Source: Octopus bimaculoides
Taxonomy: Eukaryota
Assembly (NCBI RefSeq): GCF_001194135.2
Contig: NC_068987.1
Coordinates: 69,651,632-69,715,631, forward strand
Length of the DNA: 64,000 bases
Direction: 5' to 3'
How positions within the stretch are numbered: the stretch's first letter is position 1; the number at the start of each line of letters is the position of its first letter. Shown one piece after another: positions 39,796 to 51,882 of the stretch. The notes under the pieces were generated by a model. The model saw nothing but the letters and a program-made list of their open reading frames with translations, searched no databases and was not told the DNA's origin. A program made the translations under genes and the position numbers.

Positions 39796-42700
39796 ATATG
39801 TGCCTGGTTGTATCACCAGATCATTGCGTTTATATTGCATATTTTAAATTTTTCATTCCGGTCGTATCCATATTTATTGGGACAGTTCCTGGAGCATCAA
39901 GTGTAAATGTATTTTTGAGGTATATTTAAAGTGTCAGAGGGAATGCAAAAAAAGTTTGCAGCGAATTTATTTGACTTTTAAGAGAGTAAAATAAGACATC
40001 ATCAATGATGCGTAGCCTCTTCATATATTTTGAGAAAGTTGCAACATATTAAATTCTAGTCGTGTAGAGTAACTTAACCACTAGCCGATTCAATTTATCT
40101 TTGGGCTGTGTCTTGAAGATAATGAGACTGTTATATCGATGGAATCATATTTAATGATGAGAATATTGAACAAAGGCAGAAAGTGTATCCAATGTTATGA
40201 GTGATCATGGTTTCTGATGCAGAATCGTGAGATGTTCATACAAAGAAGACCGAGGCACACGAACATACTCACAAATTCCTAAATACAATCTAAAATTTTC
40301 TTTCCAATGAAATCTCTACAGAATAACAAACATGACAAATGTTTACACTGACAAAAGCAGTTAATTAAAGCACGATTTAACTCATTCATATTCTCCTCTA
40401 TCTTGTTCTCTATAGAAATCGCACTATGATTCCCTTCAGCCAGGTTCTGAAGAATTTGCAGCCGCTTTTTATTTGTTTTGCATATGTTTCTGTTTTAATT
40501 TCAACAATCGTTCATTAATGTTTCCAAAACGAAATTAGCTAAGCCCTTATCAAAATAACAAAATTGTATTTTAATATGAAATAATTTCATTTTTTAAACA
40601 TTTTTATTGTCATTGTTGTTATCGTTTTTGTTCATATTTTTTTTTATTCAATTCTAGTTTTTTCTTTTTCACATTATAAAGAATTTGTAAAAAATCTATA
40701 TGATTCTTTGGTTCAAGTTTTAGTTATTTATTAATATTAAAATACAGTAATGATCCTATTTAAAAATCAGTAAAACCCTGCCCTCGACATAAAGTGAAAC
40801 TTTTCATGTATATTAAAGGATTTAAGGTAGGAATTGAAGACTTTGTTATGACGTTCTAGACAACTGAATTTTACTGACAAGCAAAGCAAAGATATGGCAA
40901 ACGAAAGTTGTGGTGGGATACAGCTGATATTCATACTTTTTTTTATGAATGGAACGTAATATAAAAATATAGCCGCACCTGAAAATTTGAGACAAACACA
41001 TAGAAACTTTATTTTTCCATATCTATAGCGTTTTCTACAGCATAACTTAAAACAAAATTAACTTAAAACAAGAATTATGGGCACAAACTGAAATTTAATA
41101 AAATAGTTGATGTTGCTAATCATGAAGCGTTTGTAAAATCTATACCTGTCAAAGATATATGAAAATTTTAATCAAAAGTTTCAGAAAATACAATTTTCAC
41201 ATGGCAAATAAGTTACTTAGTAAATTTTTATTTTAGTGGTTGGAAGGTTGATTCAGTGCAAGCTAGAAGAATAATGGTATTTTATACATTTCAGAAACTG
41301 GATATATTTTGTACAGACATATTAAAAACCAGCTTCAACTCACGAAGTATTCCGTAGCTGAGTAGTCTACCAATTTTCCTCTGGTAAAATAGGACTGAGT
41401 ATCGATAGATGCATGCAAAAGCATAAATACTGTGACACATCACAAAATGACTACAGAGCTATGCTTCGTCATCAAAATGATGGTTCATTTTTGTGGGAAC
41501 CTTGATATTTCTAGTTGTATGTTGTTCATATTTAGAAAGACAATATAAATTTAGTTTTTGATATGTACATTAATTGTCATATATCACAGCATCATATGAT
41601 GTTTTCAAGGTTACTCTGAATTGATTCAGTTCATATTTAACTTGAAGTTTTGTATAGATAACATCCAATTGCTAAAAGCATTGATGTGTGCACTCACTTC
41701 CACAATAGAGGGTGTAGTTGAAAGTTACAGGAATTAGTTTGTTGATATTTAAGAAGAAATACGAGGAGAAAAGCCGAAACTTCATATACATCCGCGTTGA
41801 TGGACTGTGACTCACAAATCTTCCATCAACAATTGCCGCGTTGAAAAACCGTATCGAAAAGGAAAAAAATGGATGGAGCCTTTAGTCGAAGACTTTCGTT
41901 ACGATACTCAGATGCCAAGTATTGCCCGATATCTTTCTGATGTCCAGTGGAATAAATACTGCTTTTGCAAAACTAAAACGGGATGAGAAGTGTGTCTGGC
42001 TCACGTGATGTGCGTGTAATAGTGGTAATAGAAATGGACTTTTGTGACTATAATCTCGTGTTTCGATATAAGTATTTGCTTTATGCATGCAGAAAATAAA
42101 CATATCTTACACATAATCATATTAGCCCGTTAGGGATCTTTTTCATGGTACCACGATTCGGAAGAATGACAAGTCACTATCCTCTCAAACATACTATATA
42201 TAAAGTATGTGTACGGGAATACATGAACCGATAAGCAAGAACTCTACATGATAGCTAGATAAGTTACAAATAGCAGCGAATTCTTCTTAAAACTATACTT
42301 ATCTGTCACACGTCACTTTAATGTGTGTTTGTGTACGTGCAAGCGTGTGCGCGTGCGTATTCGTTTTTGCATTAATTAGGTTCCCACACTCAATATTGCT
42401 GTCTCACATGTCTGATTGTAAGGTGTTGTGGCGCAGTATTTGTTATTCATAAATGTGTACATATTTACGAATGGATGTGTACTTAAGTATAAGTATAATA
42501 TTATGTGCATATACACATATAAATGCATTGTGTGATAGGAAAATAGTTAGGCATGCATACACACACGCACACAAAAGATATATACAAGTTTATGTCTCAG
42601 TGCATGAACATGCAATAATGCATCTGTAGAGTAAATGTAGTCTGTATGTGTATATTTCAAGATAATGTATAATTATTTCTAGTTGGACATTTCTGTACAA

Positions 42701-43252
42701 TTGTTTCGAAGTGCGTGCGCCTCTCTGTGCGTGTTTGTCTTATACTTTCTTTAGAACACCATAGCCTGAGACAAACATGAACATTGTGCTCTGGGTCAGG
42801 TTATCAGAAACATCAACACCAGCTTACATAAGGATCTAATTAGGATGCTCCTTCTTATAACCTCACTTCAAATACATCACCTTTCTCTCTCTTTCTCCCT
42901 CTGTCCTTCTCTCCACCAATCCACTCTTATCAGCTTTTCTTTTATTCAGGTCGACATAACTTTTCTTTTTCGACCACATTCACAAATACGCACATCTCAG
43001 GCACATCGTATTTAAATGCATGCTAATTTAGCTAATCACGTACACATATCTCCCCCATGTCGTCTCATTCTCCTTTTACTTTCTTCCTCGCATTCTTACT
43101 CCTATTCTTCTTATAACTCTCCCAACTCTCGGGCTCTTTCTCACGTTTGCAAACATTCCTTTATACTTCAATTTCTTTCCTTTTTATTTTTCCTCTTCTA
43201 TCTAGCTTTTATTTCAGTCTAATCTTTACACAGTCACTTTTCTTTTACCTTC

Positions 43253-43309
<57 letters not shown>

Positions 43310-43608
43310 NNNNNNNNNNNNNNNNNNNNNNNNNNNNNNNNNNNNNNNNNNNNNNNNNNNNNNNNNNNNNNNNNNNNNNNNNNNNNNNNNNNNNNNNNNN
43401 NNNNNNNNNNNNNNNNNNNNNNNNNNNNNNNNNNNNNNNNNNNNNNNNNNNNNNNNNNNNNNNNNNNNNNNNNNNNNNNNNNNNNNNNNNNNNNNNNNNN
43501 NNNNNNNNNNNNNNNNNNNNNNNNNNNNNNNNNNNNNNNNNNNNNNNNNNNNNNNNNNNNNNNNNNNNNNNNNNNNNNNNNNNNNNNNNNNNNNNNNNNN
43601 NNNNNNNN

Positions 43609-43666
<58 letters not shown>

Positions 43667-46170
43667 TTCTTTCTATATCTATTCTCTCAGTATTTCCCTC
43701 TATATACCAGGCTTCCACTTTTTATTGACTCTTATTTTTCTCTTCACTTTGGATCACATTTTCACACCTCAATTACACACTCTTTCAATTTTCCTCTCAC
43801 TTTCTTTCCCACTCACAGACTACTTCGACCATTCCCGGACCCACTCCTCTCTCTCTCCTTTCTCTCTCTTACCACATACATAAATTCGCGGACAACTCTC
43901 TTCACAAACGTAAATTTTCTTTCATTTTCGTCAGAATCTCTACATTTGTAATAATCTTCTCATCATTTTTCTAACATCTCTACGAAGTTCTCACCCTTTT
44001 TGACTCTCTTTCTCACACTCCCATTTATTTCCACTATCTCGCCAGCTACAAACACATTTTCTTTTATTTTTCTCCTCTTTCTCTTTCTTTCCATTCTGAT
44101 ATCAAACCATCCCAATTTCAATCTCTCCATTTTTCTCGTTTTCTCGCTTTCACCTCACTTCATAAATTTATAAATGTTTCTATCTGTCTTTTTCAACTCT
44201 CCTCCATTTTCTCTTCTTCTTTCTTTTGTTTTCTCCATCTCTCCTCCTCCTCTCTACCATCCTATATCACACTTTCACTACACACAGAAACATGTTTGCA
44301 AGCGTACGATTCGCTCATGAAAAAAAAGAAAAAAAAAAGAAAAAGACACGTTGAATCCGCCGATGGCTTTAACATCCGATTCTTCTTGCACAGGTTCGAA
44401 GCACGAGTTCGTGACAACAGCAAGCCGCTCTCCGGTGCTTAACAGCGTGACGACTTCTAATTACTTCCATTATCTCTCCTTTCCACATTCTTTTGACTCC
44501 ATCGTCGCGAACCTCATAAGTCAGTATCGACACCGACAAATAACCCCGTCGTCAACGCCATCATTACCGTCGTTGACTCCACCAACATAACCATCATCAT
44601 TATCATCATCGTATAGTAATGATAGAAAATTTCGATAAGATCATTTCTCATCTTCTTTCTCATCAAAATAGCATTCAATTCTTTCTTAGTGTCACCAGTC
44701 ATACTCAATGTCTTTCTCCCTTTACTTCTCTTTCTCATTCTCCTCCTCCTTTCATCGAGATCATCATCACACTATGATTGATTATCATCGGCTTTCTTAT
44801 CATCATTAACATGAGTATCGTAATTCTCCTTTTATCACTTTCGTCGTCGTTGTCATCATCATTGTCGTCGTCGTCGTCATCATCATCATCATCATCACCA
44901 TCGTTGTCGTCGTCCTCACCATCGTCTTCGTCATCAATAACAGAAGTAGTACCATGGGCAGCAGTAGCAGCAGAAGCAGCTATGCGGTTATTATATGGTA
45001 ATGATTAAAAGCGTGATTTCGTGTTATCGTTGTCACCATTAATACCATCACGACTTCTCACTCACGATCACAGTCGTCATTATCATTATCACTAACACTA
45101 TAAGCAATATAATTGATGTTGTGGTTGTCATCATTTCTATCAGTGTATCTAAATAAAAGTACATCAATTATAATCATCACCATGGTGTATGTCGTTAAAA
45201 AAAAAGCTGTCTTCTATATTTTACATCATTAGTGTTTCTAGTGTCTTGTTTAGTGTGGTGGTTACATGTCTTCATTGAAGTATATTAGCAAATCTCTCTG
45301 TCTTTATGTTTTTCTGTTTCTCTTCACCTCTCCATTTCTTTATCTTAGTTCTTTGGTTAATATAAACATATCAGCATAAATAATTTAAATCCACATAACT
45401 GTACACCGATAACATCAGACCGCGGAAATCACATACACATACGTGAATACATAAAGACACACTCATGTATAATGATATAAGAAATGCTTACATTAATGGC
45501 TTCTACATGAAGAAAATACATTTGAGTTCATGCTAACATGCCTAGTGTAGTACATATCCGAATAGGTAATCATTTACATCATCTGCTCACCACCCGAAAT
45601 ATTGGATCTTAAATTGTCAGATAAAGAGAAGCTTTAGTTATTTGTTCTTACAAAGATGAAATAATATTTCAAGACTAATGTTTTTTTTTTTTTTGTTTCA
45701 GAAACAAGTTAAAATGTCATGTACAACAGTATGCTTATCACTGGTTTGTCAGAATCATAGATACTCAGACCGAATAAGTATAACCCTCGATATATGATAT
45801 GATAGCGGGAGATGGCTACATGGATGCAAATGTATGAATCCATCTCATTTTATTTTTACCCATTTCTCAATCTGAAAAAATGAAAATGATAGAATGTTTA
45901 AGAACGACAATATAAAATAAATTAAATCACGACAAACTAGCGGAAGTACAGGACAATATTTAATACTTGATAAGTTTATACACAATACGGTCGATCTGTT
46001 GGGTTTTTGTGTTTTGAAGCAAGCCTCTTCATATGCGATTAAATACCCTGATGAAAGACTCTGATGAAAGCAGAGGCTGGCTTTCTATCCAATGCAATTT
46101 TACATATTCACTCACGCACATATACACACACATGTTTATATATAAACAAGCCTACACAAACATACACAAA

Positions 46171-46345
46171 TATTGGTTTCAAATTCTGGCACAAGACCTG
46201 CATTTCCAAGGAGGGGGTAATTCGATTATATCGACCCCAGTGCTCACTTGGTTCTTATTTTATCGACCCTGAGAGAATGAATTTAAAGATTACCATGACA
46301 GGATTTGAACTCTGAACATAAACACAGACGAAATCCCGCTAAGAA
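46171..46345 (-). mobile_element. tRNA-derived SINE (family A), decayed
   Basis: ttcaaattctggcacaag..atcgaccccagtgctcacttggttcttattttatcgaccc..atttgaactctgaac. Confidence 0.75.
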
Positions 46346-46801
46346 TATACTTTCACTTACTGGCTGAATTTAGGTAATCGAAAACTACATAGAATTTCTT
46401 TGGATGGATTGAACTTGCGGTCCGAATGACCAGACTTGTCACTAAAGTATAATGACAAAAAGAGTTAAGTCCTGATTACAAGTAACGTGTGAAATATAGG
46501 TTATTAGTAAACTCAACTACAATTATAGCTCGTTTTAGATTTTGTTTGTTTTATTGCACTTTTAAAAGTTTCTGTGCAACTATGTGTGTTTATGAATATA
46601 TTTTACGTATGTGCATGCATATAGGTTTATGTGTACTTTTAAACCCTAATACATCCTTGAATATTATATAACTTCTTTCAAGCCCCCTTCCTGATTCGAT
46701 ACGTGCTTTTCACACTCCACGGCGTTTCTTCTTTACTGCTAGCGAAGTTCTTGTTCTTTCGTTTCTCGCCTCGTAGTTCTGGCCAAGAACTATTACAATT
46801 G

Positions 46802-46870
<69 letters not shown>

Positions 46871-47339
46871 GAGATGCGCACACAGCGACTAAAACGTTCT
46901 GCTTGCAGTCGAGCAGTGTTCAGGTATTGCTGACTTATGGAATTATCTCGAATAGCTGTTGTCACGCGTGGGACAAATCCAACTATCGGTTAAATTCATT
47001 GTGAGGGTCGTCCTACCAGCTACCTTTAAGAAAGCAGAGCAGGTGGTATTCCTCTGTCTACCGGCTATGGAGAAAGAGGTTGCGTGGTGGACGAGGTAGA
47101 AAGGTAAGACACCTTCCTCTTCGATAAAGCGCTCATCGTCGTTTTTATGTTCTCCTTCGGAAGAAATGTTCGGGTGGAGAGGTAATTTGTGGCAAAAATA
47201 GCAAGAGTGAATGTCTCTACTCCAAGTATGTGCCTGTAGGGTGGAGAGCTGGAGAGAATACTCGTGCCTTTGGTGGTCAGGATCTGTAGGGTTCTTTGAT
47301 TTTTTTCTAGAGTTTTTTTCTGTATGAGGGAGACTGCAT

Positions 47340-47450
47340 TAACCAGATACAATATGATTTGTTGTACCTTCCCCATTATCACTTATTCTGCAGTTTCTTA
47401 TTGTATCCTTCATTGTGTGATTTGGTAAATCCATGCACTTTCTGTAGTAA
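47340..47450 (-). mobile_element. Short R4/Dong-like LINE fragment (zinc-knuckle region)
   Basis: Minus frame KDTIRNCRISDNGEGTTNHIVSG resembles CRICG..ETINHIVSGC. Confidence 0.55.
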
Positions 47451-47532
47451 TGTTTCTAGTTGTTTATCATTTGCAGCGTACACTTTGAGTTTATCCATAT
47501 AAAAGGAATGGTTGATGGTTTTACCATAGCTA

Positions 47533-47626
47533 TTGTATCCACAGTTCTATTTATCATGTTTATCACAGTTTGTATCTGTTTATCATGTTTATCCCAGTTT
47601 GTATCCACATTTCTGTTTATCATGTC
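47533..47626. repeat. Irregular minisatellite built from gtttatcat / ttgtatc modules
   Basis: gtttatcatgtttatc(a/c)cagtttgtatc is repeated. Confidence 0.75.
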
Positions 47627-49379
47627 GGTTAAAGGCGTTAGTGTCAGACAGAAAAGGAGTGGAGAAAGCAAGTATTCTTGTAATATTCTTCTTCTAATGG
47701 TATGGCTTTAATTTTTCTAATTCTTTGTTTTGTCTGTAAGGAATTGTTGTTATTGTTATCATCATCGTCGTCGTCGTCGTCATCGTCATCATAATTGTAT
47801 ATTGTGAGTGCACATGTGTGAGCATGTGTAAGCTTTTGTGTATATGGCATGCGGGTCGATGTATGAATGTCTATACTGATGTCCATGCTGATGTGGATTT
47901 ATATTTATGCGCATTTCTGCGTCCCACCTGGTATATGTGTGTCTGTGTCTGTTGTGCATGTGTCTGTTGTGTATGTGTGTTTGTGTGCGCGTGTGTGCGT
48001 GTGAATGCATGTATATTCATCCATGTTCGTAACAATTTTCAGGAATTAATACTCTTTCTTGCACGTAAACTTAACATTTATCCGCTTACGTAACACATTT
48101 TCGTACTTATAACTACGTATAACTACATATATGCATATAAGTATAATGATCTTTACATCCACACATATATTCATAAACACATTCTCGTAAACATTCATAC
48201 AGAGGCACATAAACAAACACATAGACACAAGTCGAAATTATTACTGAGCATATTTTAAACATCTACTTAAATGCCAGTATGTTTGCTTACTGACTTAATA
48301 CATATATATATACTAACCAGCCATAATATAACAAACACATTATACGTTTAGTCCAACTCATACTATCTCCATATATTTTTTGTGTGTATTTATTTACATA
48401 CTTATTTATCTACTTAGAGTTTCGCTTCTTGCATTTTACAAATTCACACGTCATGTTTGCTAGACCTGCAACAGAGTTTATTAATCCGCTTCTTCATACG
48501 AAAGAGAAAAAGACATGAAATGATATATGTATATAGAATTAAACTTTCACATGTACACATGTGAGTACATTAGTGTGTTTATCATCTTACTAACATACAT
48601 GAATTTGTATATTGCTACGTCAGCGCGTTAGAATTGACATATGGGAGCCATGGCCAGGGGAGGTAGTGAATAACATGACCTGTATGTGTAAGTATATATA
48701 TATATATATATATATATATNNNNNNNNNNNNNNNNNNNNNNNNNNNNNNNNNNNNNNNNNNNNNNNNNNNNNNNNNNNNNNNNNNNNNNNNNNNNNNNNN
48801 NNNNNNNNNNNNNNNNNNNNNNNNNNNNNNNNNNNNNNNNNNNNNNNNNNNNNNNNNNNNNNNNNNNNNNNNNNNNNNNNNNNNNNNNNNNNNNNNNNNN
48901 NNNNNNNNNNNNNNNNNNNNNNNNNNNNNNNNNNNNNNNNNNNNNNNNNNNNNNNNNNNNNNNNNNNNNNNNNNNNNNNNNNNNNNNNNNNNNNNNNNNN
49001 NNNNNNNNNNNNNNNNNNNNNNNNNNNNNNNNNNNNNNNNNNNNNNNNNNNNNNNNNNNNNNNNNNNNNNNNNNNNNNNTATATATATATATATATATAT
49101 ATATGCATATATGCTTCCACATACACACACACATTGTATATATAGGTAAAATATGAACATAGAATTTTTGCTGGAGAAGAAAGACACTTGCAGTGTTTTG
49201 CAGCTGACGACGCGGAACAATGCCGAAACCCGTGCATTCTAAGATCGAATGACGTCATTCACAGCCTTATATGTCGTCTAAGAGGATATTTCTGCACCCG
49301 ACACAATTTAATCAGGCAACGAAGGATCACCACATCCGAGAGCACACAAACTTGTTGGATATGAGTGTACACAAACACG

Positions 49380-49427
<48 letters not shown>

Positions 49428-49687
49428 ATTATACACTCTCACACACACACGCATACACTCACGTGTGTATATATACAATCTGAGTGTAATTAGAGGCATA
49501 TGTATGAAATGTACGTCTTTGCATTCAGTGATCAACCTGGGAGTATCTGAAAAGAATTTCGACCCGCCAGCAAGAGATCCTTAATATCCCTCGTATCACA
49601 ACGCGTTGCCCACGAAATAGGTCACATTGAATTATGTAGTTATTGATATATTATGTGTCTCTATCTCTTTGCCTTCCTCCTCCTTTC

Positions 49688-49689
<2 letters not shown>

Positions 49690-49766
<77 letters not shown>

Positions 49767-49809
49767 ATCTATCTATGTATCTATCTATCTTATCTCTCTC
49801 TCTCTCACA

Positions 49810-49871
<62 letters not shown>

Positions 49872-49907
49872 ATCTATCTATGTATATCTCTCTCTCTCTC
49901 TCTCACA

Positions 49908-49973
<66 letters not shown>

Positions 49974-50145
49974 NNNNNNNNNNNNNNNNNNNNNTTTCCT
50001 TCCTTCCCCCTCCCAAAAAGAAAAGCTCTACATTGTATTTGTCCCATCTTCGTTGAGCCCTGTGTGGCTAATAAAAGAAATGTATCTATCTATCTATCTA
50101 TCTTTCTATCTATCTATGTATATCTCTCTCTCTCTCTCTCTCACA

Positions 50146-50215
<70 letters not shown>
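49690..50215. repeat. Higher-order compound microsatellite: three copies of (TCTA)n-TTT-(CTAT)n-GTA-(TC)n-ACAC, interrupted by a gap and ~90 bp of unique sequence
   Basis: The diagnostic junctions tctttctatctatctatgta and tctctcacactatc each occur three times (~49760-49812, ~49865-49910, ~50100-50150). Confidence 0.8.
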
Positions 50216-50764
50216 GTGTGTTTATATACCTCTGTGTATTTGGGAGCATTCTAATGCATCTAGCTAATCATACTTTCCTCTATATATTTCTAGGTCCAGT
50301 TTCCTTTTTATTCACATATGCATCTTTCTTCCCAACTATACAGTCATTAACTATCCTTTTATCCCTATCTCTACCAATATGACATTCTATTTAAAAAAAA
50401 AAAATTATTATGCATGAGAGTATATGCACGCATTTACCAAAATTGGTAGAGATATTGGCAAGAATGAAATAAAAAAATCATGTTAATAATTCTTTTCCCT
50501 GACATCTTCTTGAAGTTGAGCTAATCGCGGCACTTTTGATTTAGCAGAGGTCACGCATCATCCTGCGAACAGACGATGCAGGAAATGGTGGTGGGGTAAT
50601 TCAGAAACAGCGGTGGGAATACATCGCGTCGTGATTTTTGTAGATTAGTGCTCACTGTTGGAGTTCATGAAGCAGGAGAGCAATGGCTGAATGAACAGGA
50701 TAGGAGAGAGTGAAAAAGAGAGTGTATATGCGAATATGTACACGTGTGTGTGTTTTCGCGTGGG

Positions 50765-50836
<72 letters not shown>

Positions 50837-51394
50837 CGTGACGGGAGGGAGTCGGTAAGAAAATGAATGAAATACATGTGAGACAAAGAAAGGACTGGAT
50901 GAGAGAAATAGTGAACAGTGAAAAAGTGAAAGAGTAATCTTCTGAAGAATTGTATAGAATAATAATTTTGAATGTAGAAATGAGCACATATACCTCAATC
51001 AATCTGGCCAGTATAAAAGCAAATTCTCTAGAATTATTGAATTAACGAGATGGGAAAATGTTCAGGTAGATGACGTGAATATATAGCTATGGATTGAAGT
51101 CTATCCAAAAAAACTCTTGGTAAAACTAAATCATTTTTTTAAGTTGAAGAAAAATGTAATATATACATTCATTCACACACACACATGTATATATACAAAT
51201 GTTAAAACGCGTGTGTATACTACGATTAAAATAGAGAAACATTTTTGATCTTAAAAATCCTACAGAAATGGCGATAGTATAAATGTGGATATATAATATA
51301 GATAAGACATAATGATTCAGTTAGAATTTTGAAGAAGTGACTATATAGGAGTCGAATTTTATCGACCCGTGGAAGAGTGATGGATTCAAATATA

Positions 51395-51620
51395 TTCTTT
51401 TCTACCCTACGCACAAGGCCCGAAATTTGTGGGGTGGGGTGGCAGTCGATTAGATCGATCCCAGCACGTAGCTGGTACTTAATTTATTGACCACGAAAGG
51501 ATGAAAGGCAAAGTCGACTCCGGTGGAATTTGAACTCAAAACGTAAAGACAGATGAATTACCGCCAAGCATTTCGATCGACGTGATAACGATTCTGTCAG
51601 CTTATGGATTCTGCCGCCTT
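51395..51620 (-). mobile_element. tRNA-derived SINE (family A) with a 15-bp target-site duplication
   Basis: TSD atggattcaaatata at 51380-51394 and 51621-51635; B-box-like ggaatttgaactc (reverse complement gagttcaaattcc). Confidence 0.9.
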
Positions 51621-51681
51621 ATGGATTCAAATATACTAATATATTAAGGGTATATGAATTAAGTTAGGTCCCTTTAATAAT

Positions 51682-51882
51682 CCTTTCCGCTTTAGGCACA
51701 AGGCCCGAAAGTGCGGGGGAGTTAGTATGTCGATTTCTTCGGCCCCAATGCTCAAATGGTACTTATTTTATCGACACCGAAATGATGAAAAACCAAAGTC
51801 GACTCAGAGCGTAGCGACGGATGAAATGCTACTGAGCATCCTGCTGGATGTGCCAACAACTCTGGCATCACGCCGGCTTATG
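51682..51882 (-). mobile_element. Second family A SINE, in tandem with the previous copy, with a degenerate TSD
   Basis: aggcacaaggcccgaaa..tggtacttattttatcgac..aaagtcgac; flanks gtccctttaataat (51668) and gtacccttaataat (51883). Confidence 0.8.

Noticed and set aside
46047-46080. Two CTGATGA motifs (hammerhead core)
   Set aside because: No valid stem II or stem III, or cleavage triplet, can be formed.
50294-50345. GPVS after a strong acceptor (resembles GP.C)
   Set aside because: It lacks the Cys and the following motif, and the sequence is pyrimidine-rich low complexity.
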